Part shown: positions 51,601 to 64,000 of the stretch, in pieces
How the letters are laid out: each line of letters starts with the position of its first letter
Position numbering within the stretch: the stretch's first letter is position 1
Assembly (NCBI GenBank): GCA_032718475.1
Contig: JAUCBJ010001213.1
Coordinates: forward strand, 1-64,000
Direction: 5' to 3'
Length of the DNA stretch: 64,000 nt
DNA from: Nemertoderma westbladi
Taxonomy: Eukaryota > Animalia > Xenacoelomorpha
Position numbers and translations under genes: made by a program
The notes under the pieces: generated by a model
Database searches by the model: none
What the model saw: the letters and a program-made list of their open reading frames with translations, nothing else
Told to the model about the DNA's origin: nothing

Positions 51601-54600
51601 GAATAAAGTAGCGATGGAGAAATAAGTATCCATGGAGAATCATGGAGAATAAATAAAGTAGCCATGGAGAATAAAGTAGCCATGGAGAATAAAGTAGCCA
51701 TGGAGAATAAAGTAGTCATGGAGAATAAAGTAGCCATGGAGAATAAAGTAGCCATGGAGAATAAAGTAGCCATGGAGAATAAAGTAGCCATGGAGAATAA
51801 AGTAGCCATGGAGAATAAAGTAGTCATGGAGAATAAAGTAGCCATGGAGAATAAAGTAGCCATGGAGAATAAAGTAGTCATGGAGAATAAAGTAGCGATG
51901 GAGAAATAAGTATCCATGGAGAATCATGGAGAATAAATAAAGTAGCCATGGAGAATAAAGTAGCCATGGAGAATAAAGTAGCCATGGAGAATAAAGTAGC
52001 CATGGAGAATAAAGTAGCCATGGAGAATAAAGTAGCCATGGAGAATAAAGTAGCCATGGAGAATAAAGTAGTCATGGAGAATAAAGTAGCCATGGAGAAT
52101 AAAGGAGCCATGGAGAATAAAGTAGCCATGGAGAATAAAGTAGCGATGGAGAATAAAGTAGCCATGGAGAATAAAGTAGCCATGGAGAATAAAGTAGCCA
52201 CGGAGAATAAAGTAGCCATGGAGAATAAAGTAGCCATGGAGAATAAAGTAGCGATGGAGAATAAAGTAGCCCTGGGGAATAAAGTAGCCATGGAGAATAA
52301 AGTAGCCATGGAGAATAAAGTAGCGATGGAGAAATAAGTATCCATGGAGAATCATGGAGAATAAATAAAGTAGCCATGGAGAATAAAGTAGCCATGGAGA
52401 ATAAAGTAGCCATGGAGAAATAAGTATCCATGGAGAATAAAGTAGTCATGGAGAATAAAGTAGCGATGGAGAATAAAGTAGCCATGGAGAATAAAGTAGT
52501 CATGGAGAATAAAGTAGCCATGGAGAATAAAGTAGCGATGGAGAAATAAGTATCCATGGAGAATCATGGAGAATAAATAAAGTAGCCATGGAGAATAAAG
52601 TAGCCATGGAGAATAAAGTAGCCATGGAGAAATAAGTATCCATGGAGAATAAAGTAGCCATGGAGAATAAAGTAGCGATGGAGAATAAAGTAGCCCTGGG
52701 GAATAAAGTAGCCATGGAGAATAAAGTAGCCATGGAGAATAAAGTAGCGATGGAGAAATAAGTATCCATGGAGAATCATGGAGAATAAATAAAGTAGCCA
52801 TGGAGAATAAAGTAGCCATGGAGAATAAAGTAGCCATGGAGAAATAAGTATCCATGGAGAATAAAGTAGTCATGGAGAATAAAGTAGCGATGGAGAATAA
52901 AGTAGCCATGGAGAATAAAGTAGTCATGGAGAATAAAGTAGCCATGGAGAATAAAGTAGCGATGGAGAAATAAGTATCCATGGAGAATCATGGAGAATAA
53001 ATAAAGTAGCCATGGAGAATAAAGTAGCCATGGAGAATAAAGTAGCCATGGAGAAATAAGTATCCATGGAGAATAAAGTAGTCATGGAGAATAAAGTAGC
53101 CATGGAGAATAAAGTAGCCATGGAGAATAAAGTAGCGATGGAGAATAAAGTAGCCATGGAGAATAAAGTAGTCATGGAGAATAAAGTAGCGATGGAGAAA
53201 TAAGTATCCATGGAGAATCATGGAGAATAAATAAAGTAGCCATGGAGAATAAAGTAGCCATGGAGAATAAAGTAACCATGGAGAATAAAGTAGTCATGGA
53301 GAATAAAGTAGCGATGGAGAAATAAGTATCCATGGAGAATCATGGAGAATAAATAAAGTAGCCATGGAGAATAAAGTAGCCATGGAGAATAAAGTAGCGA
53401 TGGAGAATAAAGTAGCCCTGGGGAATAAAGTAGCCATGGAGAATAAAGTAGCCATGGAGAATAAAGTAGCGATGGAGAAATAAGTATCCATGGAGAATCA
53501 TGGAGAATAAATAAAGTAGCCATGGAGAATAAAGTAGCCATGGAGAATAAAGTAGCGATGGAGAATAAAGTAGCCCTGGGGAATAAAGTAGCCATGGAGA
53601 ATAAAGTAGCCATGGAGAATAAAGTAGCGATGGAGAAATAAGTATCCATGGAGAATCATGGAGAATAAATAAAGTAGCCATGGAGAATAAAGTAGCCATG
53701 GAGAATAAAGTAGCCATGGAGAAATAAGTATCCATGGAGAATAAAGTAGTCATGGAGAATAAAGTAGCGATGGAGAATAAAGTAGCCATGGAGAATAAAG
53801 TAGTCATGGAGAATAAAGTAGCCATGGAGAATAAAGTAGCGATGGAGAAATAAGTATCCATGGAGAATCATGGAGAATAAATAAAGTAGCCATGGAGAAT
53901 AAAGTAGCCATGGAGAATAAAGTAGCCATGGAGAAATAAGTATCCATGGAGAATAAAGTAGTCATGGAGAATAAAGTAGCGATGGAGAAATAAGTATCCA
54001 TGGAGAATAAAGTAGTCATGGAGAATAAAGTAGCCATGGAGAATAAAGTAGTCATGGAGAAATAAGTATCCATGGAGAATAAAGTAGTCATGGAGAATAA
54101 AGTAGCGATGGAGAATAAAGTAGCCATGGAGAATAAAGTAACCATGGTAGAATAAAGTAGCCATGGAGAATAAAGTAGCCATGGAGAATAAAGTAGCGAT
54201 GGAGAATAAAGTAGCCATGGAGAATAAAGTAGTCATGGAGAATAAAGTAGCGATGGAGAAATAAGTATCCATGGAGAATCATGGAGAATAAATAAAGTAG
54301 CCATGGAGAATAAAGTAGCCATGGAGAATAAAGTAACCATGGAGAATAAAGTAGTCATGGAGAATAAAGTAGCGATGGAGAAATAAGTATCCATGGAGAA
54401 TCATGGAGAATAAATAAAGTAGCCATGGAGAATAAAGTAGCCATGGAGAATAAAGTAACCATGGTAGAATAAAGTAGCCATGGAGAATAAAGTAGCCATG
54501 GAGAATAAAGTAGCGATGGAGAATAAAGTAGCCATGGAGAATAAAGTAGTCATGGAGAATAAAGTAGCGATGGAGAAATAAGTATCCATGGAGAATCATG

Positions 54601-57600
54601 GAGAATAAATAAAGTAGCCATGGAGAATAAAGTAGCCATGGAGAATAAAGTAACCATGGAGAATAAAGTAGTCATGGAGAATAAAGTAGCGATGGAGAAA
54701 TAAGTATCCATGGAGAATCATGGAGAATAAATAAAGTAGCCATGGAGAATAAAGTAGCCATGGAGAATAAAGTAGCCATGGAGAAATAAGTATCCATGGA
54801 GAATAAAGTAGTCATGGAGAATAAAGTAGCGATGGAGAATAAAGTAGCCATGGAGAATAAAGTAGTCATGGAGAATAAAGTAGCGATGGAGAAATAAGTA
54901 TCCATGGAGAATCATGGAGAATAAATAAAGTAGCCATGGAGAATAAAGTAGCCATGGAGAATAAAGTAGTCATGGAGAATAAAGTAGCGATGGAGAATAA
55001 AGTAGCCATGGAGAATAAAGTAGCCATGGAGAATAAAGTAGCCATGGAGAATAAAGTAGTCATGGAGAATAAAGTAGCGATGGAGAAATAAGTATCCATG
55101 GAGAATCATGGAGAATAAATAAAGTAGCCATGGAGAATAAAGTAGCCATGGAGAATAAAGTAACCATGGAGAATAAAGTAGCGATGGAGAAATAAGTATC
55201 CATGGAGAATCATGGAGAATAAATAAAGTAGCCATGGAGAATAAAGTAGCCATGGAGAATAAAGTAGTCATGGAGAATAAAGTAGCGATGGAGAAATAAG
55301 TATCCATGGAGAATCATGGAGAATAAATAAAGTAGCCATGGAGAATAAAGTAGCCATGGAGAATAAAGTAGCCATGGAGAATAAAGTAACGATGGAGAAT
55401 AAAGTAACCATGGAGAATAAAGTAGCCATGGAGAATAAAGTAGCCATGGAGAATAAAGTAACGATGGAGAATAAAGTAGCCATGGAGAATAAAGTAGCCA
55501 TGGAGAATAAAGTAGCCATGGAGAATAAAGTAACGATGGAGAATAAAGTAACCATGGAGAATAAAGTAGCCATGGAGAATAAAGTAGCCATGGAGAATCA
55601 TGGAGAATAAATAAAGTAGCCATGGAGAATAAAGTAGCCATGGAGAATAAAGTAGCCATGGTAGAATAAAGTAGCCATGGAGAATAAAGTAGCCATGGAG
55701 AATAAAGTAGCCATGGAGAATAAAGTAGCCATGGAGAATAAAGTAACGATGGAGAATAAAGTAACCATGGAGAATAAAGTAGCCATGGAGAATAAAGTAG
55801 CCATGGAGAATCATGGAGAATAAATAAAGTAGCCATGGAGAATAAAGTAGCCATGGAGAATAAAGTAGCCATGGAGAATAAAGTAGCCATGGAGAATAAA
55901 GTAGTCATGGAGAATAAAGTAGCGATGGAGAAATAAGTATCCATGGAGAATCATGGAGAATAAATAAAGTAGCCATGGAGAATAAAGTAGCCATGGAGAA
56001 TAAAGTAGTCATGGAGAATAAAGTAGCGATGGAGAAATAAGTATCCATGGAGAATCATGGAGAATAAATAAAGTAGCCATGGAGAATAAAGTAGCCATGG
56101 AGAATAAAGTAGCCATGGAGAATAAAGTAACGATGGAGAATAAAGTAACCATGGAGAATAAAGTAGCCATGGAGAATAAAGTAGCCATGGAGAATAAAGT
56201 AACGATGGAGAATAAAGTAGCCATGGAGAATAAAGTAGCCATGGAGAATAAAGTAGCCATGGAGAATAAAGTAACGATGGAGAATAAAGTAACCATGGAG
56301 AATAAAGTAGCCATGGAGAATAAAGTAGCCATGGAGAATCATGGAGAATAAATAAAGTAGCCATGGAGAATAAAGTAGCCATGGAGAATAAAGTAGCCAT
56401 GGTAGAATAAAGTAGCCATGGAGAATAAAGTAGCCATGGAGAATAAAGTAGCCATGGAGAATAAAGTAGCCATGGAGAATAAAGTAGCCATGGAGAATAA
56501 AGTAGCCATGGAGAATAAAGTAGCCATGGAGAATAAAGTAGCCATGGAGAATAAAGTAGCCATGGAGAATAAAGTAGCCATGGAGAATAAAGTAGCCATG
56601 GTAGAATAAAGTAGCCATGGAGAATAAAGTAGCCATGGAGAATAAAGTAGCCATGGAGAATAAAGTAGCCATGGAGAATAAAGTAGCCATGGAGAATAAA
56701 GTAGCCATGGAGAATAAAGTAGCCATGGAGAATAAAGTAGCCATGGAGAATAAAGTAGCCATGGAGAATAAAGTAGCCATGGAGAATAAAGTAGTCATGG
56801 AGAATAAAGTAGCGATGGAGAAATAAGTATCCATGGAGAATCATGGAGAATAAATAAAGTAGCCATGGAGAATAAAGTAGCCATGGAGAATAAAGTAGTC
56901 ATGGAGAATAAAGTAGCGATGGAGAAATAAGTATCCATGGAGAATCATGGAGAATAAATAAAGTAGCCATGGAGAATAAAGTAGCCATGGAGAATAAAGT
57001 AACCATGGTAGAATAAAGTAGCCATGGAGAATAAAGTAGCCATGGAGAATAAAGTAGTCATGGAGAATAAAGTAGCCATGGAGAATAAATAAAGTAGCCA
57101 TGGAGAATAAAGTAGCCATGGAGAATAAATAAAGTAGCCATGGAGAATAAAGTAGCCATGGAGAATAAAGTAGCGATGGAGAAATAAGTATCCATGGAGA
57201 ATCATGGAGAATAAATAAAGTAGCCATGGAGAATAAAGTAGCCATGGAGAATAAAGTAGTCATGGAGAATAAAGTAGCGATGGAGAATAAAGTAGCCATG
57301 GAGAATAAAGTAGCCATGGAGAATAAAGTAGCCATGGAGAATAAAGTAGCCATGGAGAATAAAGTAGCCATGGAGAATAAAGTAGCCATGGAGAATAAAG
57401 TAGCCATGGAGAATAAAGTAGCCATGGAGAATAAAGTAGCCATGGAGAATAAAGTAGCCATGGAGAATAAAGTAGCCATGGAGAATAAAGTAGTCATGGA
57501 GAATAAAGTAGCCATGGAGAATAAAGTAGCCATGGAGAATAAAGTAGCGATGGAGAATAAAGTAGCCATGGAGAATAAAGTAGCGATGGAGAATAAAGTA

Positions 57601-59520
57601 GCCATGGAGAATAAAGTAGTCATGGAGAATAAAGTAGCCATGGAGAATAAAGTAGCCCCGGAGAATAAAGTATCCATGGAGAATAAAGTAGCCATGGAGA
57701 ATAAAGTAGCCATGGAGAATAAAGTAGCCATGGAGAATAAAGTAGCCATGGAGAATAAAGTAGCCATGGAGAATAAAGTAGCCATGGAGAATAAAGTAGC
57801 CATGGAGAATAAAGTAGCCATGGAGAATAAAGTAGCCATGGAGAATAAAGTAGCCATGGAGAATAAAGTAGCCATGGAGAATAAAGTAGCCATGGAGAAT
57901 AAAGTAGCCATGGAGAATAAAGTAGCCATGGAGAATAAATAAAGTAGCCATGGAGAATAAAGTAGCCATGGAGAATAAAGTAGCGATGGAGAAATAAGTA
58001 TCCATGGAGAATCATGGAGAATAAATAAAGTAGCCATGGAGAATAAAGTAGCCATGGAGAAATAAGTATCCATGGAGAATCATGGAGAATAAATAAAGTA
58101 GCCATGGAGAATAAAGTAGCCATGGAGAATAAAGTAGCCATGGAGAATAAAGTAGCGATGGAGAAATAAGTATCCATGGAGAATCATGGAGAATAAATAA
58201 AGTAGCCATGGAGAATAAAGTAGCCATGGAGAATAAAGTAGTCATGGAGAATAAAGGAGCCATGGAGAATAAAGTAGCCATGGAGAATAAAGTAACCATG
58301 GTAGAATAAAGTAGCCATGGAGAATAAAGTAGCCATGGAGAATAAAGTAGCCATGGAGAATAAAGTAGCCATGGTAGAATAAAGTAGCCATGGAGAATAA
58401 AGTAGCCATGGAGAATAAAGTAGCCATGGAGAATAAAGTAGCCACGGAGAATAAAGTAGCCATGGAGAATAAAGTAGCCATGGAGAATAAAGTAGCGATG
58501 GAGAATAAAGTAGCCCTGGGGAATAAAGTAGCCATGGAGAATAAAGTAGCCATGGAGAATAAAGGAGCCATGGAGAATAAAGTAGCCATGGAGAATAAAG
58601 TAACCATGGTAGAATAAAGTAGCCATGGAGAATAAAGTAGCCATGGAGAATAAAGTAGCCATGAAGAATAAAGTAGCGATGGAGAATAAAGTAGCCATGG
58701 AGAATAAAGTAGCCATGGAGAATAAAGTAGCCATGGAGAATAAAGTAGCCCCGGAGAATAAAGTATCCATGGAGAATAAAGTAGACATGGAGAATAAAGT
58801 AGCCATGGAGAATAAAGTAGCGATGGAGAATAAAGTAGCGATGGAGAATAAAGTAACCATGGTAGAATAAAGTAGCCATGGAGAATAAAGTAGCGATGGA
58901 GAATAAAGTAGCCATGGAGAATAAAGTAGCCATGGAGAATAAAGCAGCCATGGAGAATAAAGTAGCCCCGGAGAATAAAGTATCCATGGAGAATAAAGTA
59001 GACATGGAGAATAAAGTAGCCATGGAGAATAAAGTAGCGATGGAGAATAAAGTAGCGATGGAGAATAAAGTAACCATGGTAGAATAAAGTAGCCATGGAG
59101 AATAAAGTAGCATGGAGAATAAAGTAGCCATGGAGAATAAAGTAGCCATGGAGAATAAAGTTGCGATGGAGAATAAAGTAGCCCCGGAGAATAAAGTATC
59201 CATGGAGAATAAAGTAGACATGGAGAATAAAGTAGCCATGGAGAATAAAGTAGCGATGGAGAATAAAGTAGCCATGGAGAATAAAGTAGCCATGGAGAAT
59301 AAAGTAACCATGGTAGAATAAAGTAGCCATGGAGAATAAAGTAACCATGGAGAATAAAGTAGCCATGGAGAATAAAGTAGCCATAGAGAATAAAGTAGCC
59401 ATGGAGAATAAAGTAACCATGGTAGAATAAAGTAGCCATGGAGAATAAAGTAGCCATGGAGAATAAAGTAGCCATGGAGAATAAAGTAGCCATGGAGAAT
59501 AAAGTAGCGATGGAGAATAA
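45645..59520. repeat. 18-bp satellite, about 13.9 kb, filling a cortactin intron
   Basis: Unit ATGGAGAATAAAGTAGCC, roughly 770 copies, with recurring marker cassette GAGAAATAAGTATCCATGGAGAATCATGGAGAATAAATAAAG. Confidence 0.98.
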
Positions 59521-59553
59521 GTTTTGAATTTAATTTAAATTTAAATCATTTAC

Positions 59554-59802
59554 CTCATCTTCGGGTTCCAAAGGTGTAGGTTGGGATGGTACAGGCAGGT
59601 TGCTAGGGGCAACTGGTGCGGCAGCACGGCCGCTCGAGGGCTCGGCATCCCCATCGCGGTCGCTAGGGGCAACGGGAGCGGGTTCACTGTTGCTAGGGGT
59701 GACCATCGCGAGTAGTTGTGGTGGTTTAGCTAGACTACTGGCCGTTCGCTGCCTACTGTCACCTGATTCGCTATCATTCTTCGACTCAGACTCTTGTCGT
59801 TT
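59554..59802 (-). CDS. CTTN: Cortactin exon (proline-rich region)
   Basis: Acceptor tgtctgcag, donor gtaaat; 249 bp, phase 0/0; KRQESESK...PAPVAPS...PTPLEPEDE. Confidence 0.8.
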
Positions 59803-59885
59803 CTGCAGACAATTTATTGTCAACAAAAACCATTAATGGGGGGCGAGCCATGCAGTAAGAGTAAGGGAACTCTTATGTACGCGGA

Positions 59886-60592
59886 AACACTTAAAATATA
59901 TGCCTCCTCGAGCACTAATCCCCTTCTGTCTCCTCCCTCTACTAACACTTACATTAAATGCCTCTCTCGCAGCACAAATCCCCTTCTGTATCCTCCCTCT
60001 ACTAACACCTACATTATATACCTCTCTCGCAGCACTAATCCCCTTCTGTCTCCTCCCTCTACTAACACTTACATGATATGCCTATCTCCTCGCAGCACTA
60101 ATCCCCTTCTGTCTCCTCCCTCTACTAACACTTACATTATACTCTCTCGCAGCACTAATCTCCTTCTGTCTCCTCCCTCTACTAACACTTACATTATATG
60201 CCTCTCTCGCAGCACTAATCCCCTTCTGTCTCCTCCCGCTACTAACACTTACATTATATGCCTCTCTCGCAGCACTAATCCCCTTCTGTATCCTCTCTCT
60301 ACTAACACTTACATTAAGTGCCTCTCTCGCAGCACAAATCCCCTTCTGTATCCTCCCTCTACTAACACCTACATTATATGCCCCTCTCGCAGCACTAATC
60401 CCCTTCTGTCTCCTCCCTCTACTAACACTTACATTATATGCCTCTCTCGCAGCACTAATCCCCTTCTGTCTCCTCCTTCTACTAACACCTACATTATATG
60501 CCCCTCTCGCAGCACTAATCCCCTTCTGTCTCCTCCCTCTACTAACACTTACATTATATGCCTCTCTCGCAGCACTAATCTCCTTCTGTCTC
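59886..60592. repeat. 60-bp tandem repeat, about 12 copies, spanning a cortactin exon/intron junction
   Basis: Minus-strand unit AGAGGGAGGAGACAGAAGGGGATTAGTGCTGCGAGAGAGGCATATAAT|GTAAGTGTTAGT. Confidence 0.96.
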
Positions 60593-60780
60593 TTGCCAGC
60601 ATTCCTCTCTTTCTCCCTATCCGCTTCCTCCGCCTGCTGTTTAGCAGCCTGATCGTCTTTCGCTAATGACTCGAATCTCTCTCGAATACTTCCCGTCGCG
60701 GCCGAGCGCTCTGCGATTCCCGGTTTGCAACTCCGAGAAGGAGGTTTACTACCTTGGGGTTCGTCGTAGCCGTGAGCCGC
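60553..60780 (-). CDS. CTTN: Cortactin exon (final half repeat and helical region); end given for the first donor
   Basis: Acceptor tgtattgcag, donor gtaagt; 228 bp, phase 0/0; AAHGYDE...GSIRERFESLAKDDQAAKQQAEEADREKE ~ cortactin SNIRANFENLAKE...KAEAERAQR. Confidence 0.82.
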
Positions 60781-61001
60781 CTGCAATACAAGTTGATAAG
60801 AGATATGTCGCTATGAGGCCGTGCAAGAAAACATATGGAGTTAATTGAAGACGAGAAAGCAACATATAAATAATAGATTTGGGAAAACTAGGATTCTAGG
60901 ATGCATAATGGAAGACGAACAGATGTATGTAGGAAAATGAAAGTAATAAAGATAGTTAATGTTTGATTATACCGGTTGTACCGATACGCATATTACAAAT
61001 T

Positions 61002-61237
61002 GGGGTGTCGTTTCAGCCTTTTAACATATTAACTTAATTTCGCGAATATTTAATTTCGGTATTCACAATTTAAGGTACCTTTTAAAGGAAAGTAACCGGT
61101 TATAATGGCAAGCTTTTATAACCTAAACAATAAACTAAATTTAGGAACACGGCTTACAGTAAAATTTGTACTTCTAGGCACTAATTTTTCAATATTAATT
61201 TAACATTAACCCTATGAGAAGGCTGAAACGACACCCC
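61002..61237. mobile_element. 236-bp MITE with 19-bp TIRs and AATT flanks
   Basis: GGGGTGTCGTTTCAGCCTT ... AAGGCTGAAACGACACCCC, with AATT on both sides. Confidence 0.8.
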
Positions 61238-61472
61238 AATTGGGCTTTTGCTACCGGTACACCTATTTGCTATCTCCTGGTTCACTTATGTACAAAAAGG
61301 GTTTAGAGTGAGCGGGAAGTAAAATAGTTTGAGCGGAATAAAATGTAACTATATATATTATATTACATATCTCACGGAGGTCGGAACACGGAGTGTGAAT
61401 ATACTTATGAACGAGCGAAGCGAATGGAATATTTAAACGAGGGTCGCAGTGAGGTAAAGGTATTTTACAAAA

Positions 61473-64000
61473 TAACATATATTTCATTGATAGAGAGTAA
61501 ACCTTGTCTGTTGGTTTCTGTAACATATATTTATTGATTGAGAGTAAACCTTGTCTGTTGGTTTCTGTAACATATATTTATTGATAGAGAGTAAACCTTG
61601 TCTGTTGGTTTCTGTAACATATATTTATTGATTGAGAGTAAACCTTGTCTGTTGGTTTCTGTAACATATATTTCATTGATAGAGAGTAAACCTTGTCTGC
61701 TGGTTTCTGTAACATATATTTATTGATAGAGAGTAAACCTTGTCTGTTGGTTTCTGTAACATATATTTATTGATAGAGAGTAAACCTTGTCTGTTGGTTT
61801 CTGTAACATATATTTTATTGATAGAGAGTAAACCTTGTCTGTTGGTTTCTGTAACATATATTTATTGATAGAGAGTAAACCTTGTCTGTTGGTTTCTGTA
61901 ACATATATTTATTGATAGAGAGTAAACCTTGCCTGTTGGTTTCTGTAACATATATTTATTGATAGAGAGTAAACCTTGTCTGTTGGTTTCTGTAACATAT
62001 ATTTATTGATAGAGAGTAAACCTTGCCTGTTGGTTTCTGTAACATATATTTATTGATAGAGAGTAAACCTTGCCTGTTGGTTTCTGTAACATATATTTAT
62101 TGATAGAGAGTAAACCTTGTCTGTTGGTTTCTGTAACATATATTTATTGATAGAGAGTAAACCTTGCCTGTTGGTTTCTGTAACATATATTTATTGATAG
62201 AGAGTAAACCTTGTCTGTTGGTTTCTGTAACATATATTTATTGATAGAGAGTAAACCTTGTCTGTTGGTTTCTGTAACATATATTTATTGATAGAGAGTA
62301 AACCTTGTCTGTTGGTTTCTGTAACATATATTTTATTGATAGAGAGTAAACCTTGTCTGTTGGTTTCTGTAACATATATTTATTGATAGAGAGTAAACCT
62401 TGTCTGTTGGTTTCTGTAACATATATTTATTGATAGAGAGTAAACCTTGTCTGTTGGTTTCTGTAACATATATTTATTGATAGAGAGTAAACCTTGTCTG
62501 TTGGTTTCTGTAACATATATTTATTGATAGAGAGTAAACCTTGTCTGTTGGTTTCTGTAACATATATTTATTGATAGAGAGTAAACCTTGTCTGTTGGTT
62601 TCTGTAACATATATTTATTGATAGAGAGTAAACCTTGTCTGCTGGTTTCTGTAACATATATTTATTGATAGAGAGTAAACCTTGTCTGTTGGTTTCTGTA
62701 ACATATATTTACTGATAGAGAGTAAACCTTGTCTGTTGGTTTCTGTAACATATATTTACTGATTGAGAGTAAACCTTGTCTGTTGGTTTCTGTAACATAT
62801 ATTTATTGATAGAGAGTAAACCTTGTCTGTTGGTTTCTGTAACATATATTTATTGATAGAGAGTAAACCTTGCCTGTTGGTTTCTGTAACATATATTTAT
62901 TGATAGAGAGTAAACCTTGTCTGTTGGTTTCTGTAACATATATTTATTGATAGAGAGTAAACCTTGTCTGTTGGTTTCTGTAACATATATTTATTGATAG
63001 AGAGTAAACCTTGTCTGTTGGTTTCTGTAACATATATTTATTGATGAGAGTAAACCTTGTCTGTTGGTTTCTGTAACATATATTTCATTGATAGAGAGTA
63101 AACCTTGTCTGTTGGTTTCTGTAACATATATTTATTGATAGAGAGTAAACCTTGTCTGTTGGTTTCTGTAACATATATTTATTGATAGAGAGTAAACCTT
63201 GTCTGTTGGTTTCTGTAACATATATTTATTGATAGAGAGTAAACCTTGTCTGTTGGTTTCTGTAACATATATTTATTGATAGAGAGTAAACCTTGTCTGT
63301 TGGTTTCTGTAACATATATTTATTGATAGAGAGTAAACCTTGTCTGTTGGTTTCTGTAACATATATTTATTGATAGAGAGTAAACCTTGTCTGTTGGTTT
63401 CTGTAACATATATTTCATTGATAGAGTGTAAACCTTGTCTGTTGGTTTCTGTAACATATATTTATTGATAGAGAGTAAACCTTGTCTGTTGGTTTCTGTA
63501 ACATATATTTACTGATAGAGAGTAAACCTTGTCTGTTGGTTTCTGTAACATATATTTATTGATAGAGAGTAAACCTTGTCTGTTGGTTTCTGTAACATAT
63601 ATTTATTGATAGAGAGTAAACCTTGTCTGTTGGTTTCTGTAACATATATTTACTGATAGAGAGTAAACCTTGTCTGTTGGTTTCTGTAACATATATTTAT
63701 TGATAGAGAGTAAACCTTGTCTGTTGGTTTCTGTAACATATATTTACTGATAGAGAGTAAACCTTGTCTGTTGGTTTCTGTAACATATATTTACTGATAG
63801 AGAGTAAACCTTGTCTGTTGGTTTCTGTAACATATATTTATTGATAGAGAGTAAACCTTGTCTGTTGGTTTCTGTAACATATATTTATTGATAGAGAGTA
63901 AACCTTGTCTGTTGGTTTCTGTAACATATATTTCATTGATAGAGAGTAAACCTTGTCTGTTGGTTTCTGTAACATATATTTCATTGATAGAGAGTAAACC
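61473..64000. repeat. 47-bp satellite, runs off the window
   Basis: Unit AACATATATTTATTGATAGAGAGTAAACCTTGTCTGTTGGTTTCTGT, more than 50 copies; presumably in the next upstream cortactin intron. Confidence 0.97.

Noticed and set aside
45619-59493. Many MENKVA / MATLFS / HGYFIL repeat ORFs
   Set aside because: Products of the 18-bp unit inside a cortactin intron; frequent frame-breaking variants.
59794-60666. 290-aa plus-strand ORF (STNPLLSPPSTNTYIICLSR repeats)
   Set aside because: Antisense reading of the 60-bp repeat and the cortactin exon; the minus strand has the splice sites and homology.
38969-60780. Alternative identity as drebrin-like/Abp1
   Set aside because: The SH3 alone is ambiguous, but the phase-0 exon starting AAHGYDE followed by SIRERFESLAK fits the cortactin half repeat and helix; the upstream repeats lie outside the window, so some doubt remains.

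Overview
Eukaryotic, probably invertebrate animal, genomic DNA; roughly 55% is tandem repeat. (1) 1-4.0 kb: part of a Polinton/Maverick (adintovirus-like) element with pPolB C-terminus, an unexpected TATA-binding-protein-like ORF, a basic QxGG/F protein, an A32-like packaging ATPase, a hypothetical protein and the integrase N-terminus. It is cut off against a truncated minus-strand LTR retrotransposon (gag, tRNA-Gln PBS, one LTR). (2) 5.4-11.7 kb: a 48-bp satellite interrupted by a full-length but decayed Ty3/Gypsy element with 5-bp TSD. (3) 11.9-16.0 kb: a 30-bp satellite. (4) 16.9-25.2 kb: an intact, intronless IP3-receptor (ITPR) CDS whose stop codon is formed by a 32-bp tandem array. (5) 28.3-37.0 kb: a decayed LINE-like element (ORF1 with Ulp1/C48 protease, coiled coil and RRM) with a 6-kb satellite where ORF2 would be. 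(6) 39.0-60.8 kb, minus strand: the last four coding exons of a cortactin gene, largely missed by the ORF track. Each intron carries its own tandem array, and one 60-bp array multiplies the exon end plus 5' splice site in frame. All calls come from reading motifs by eye; no searches were run.
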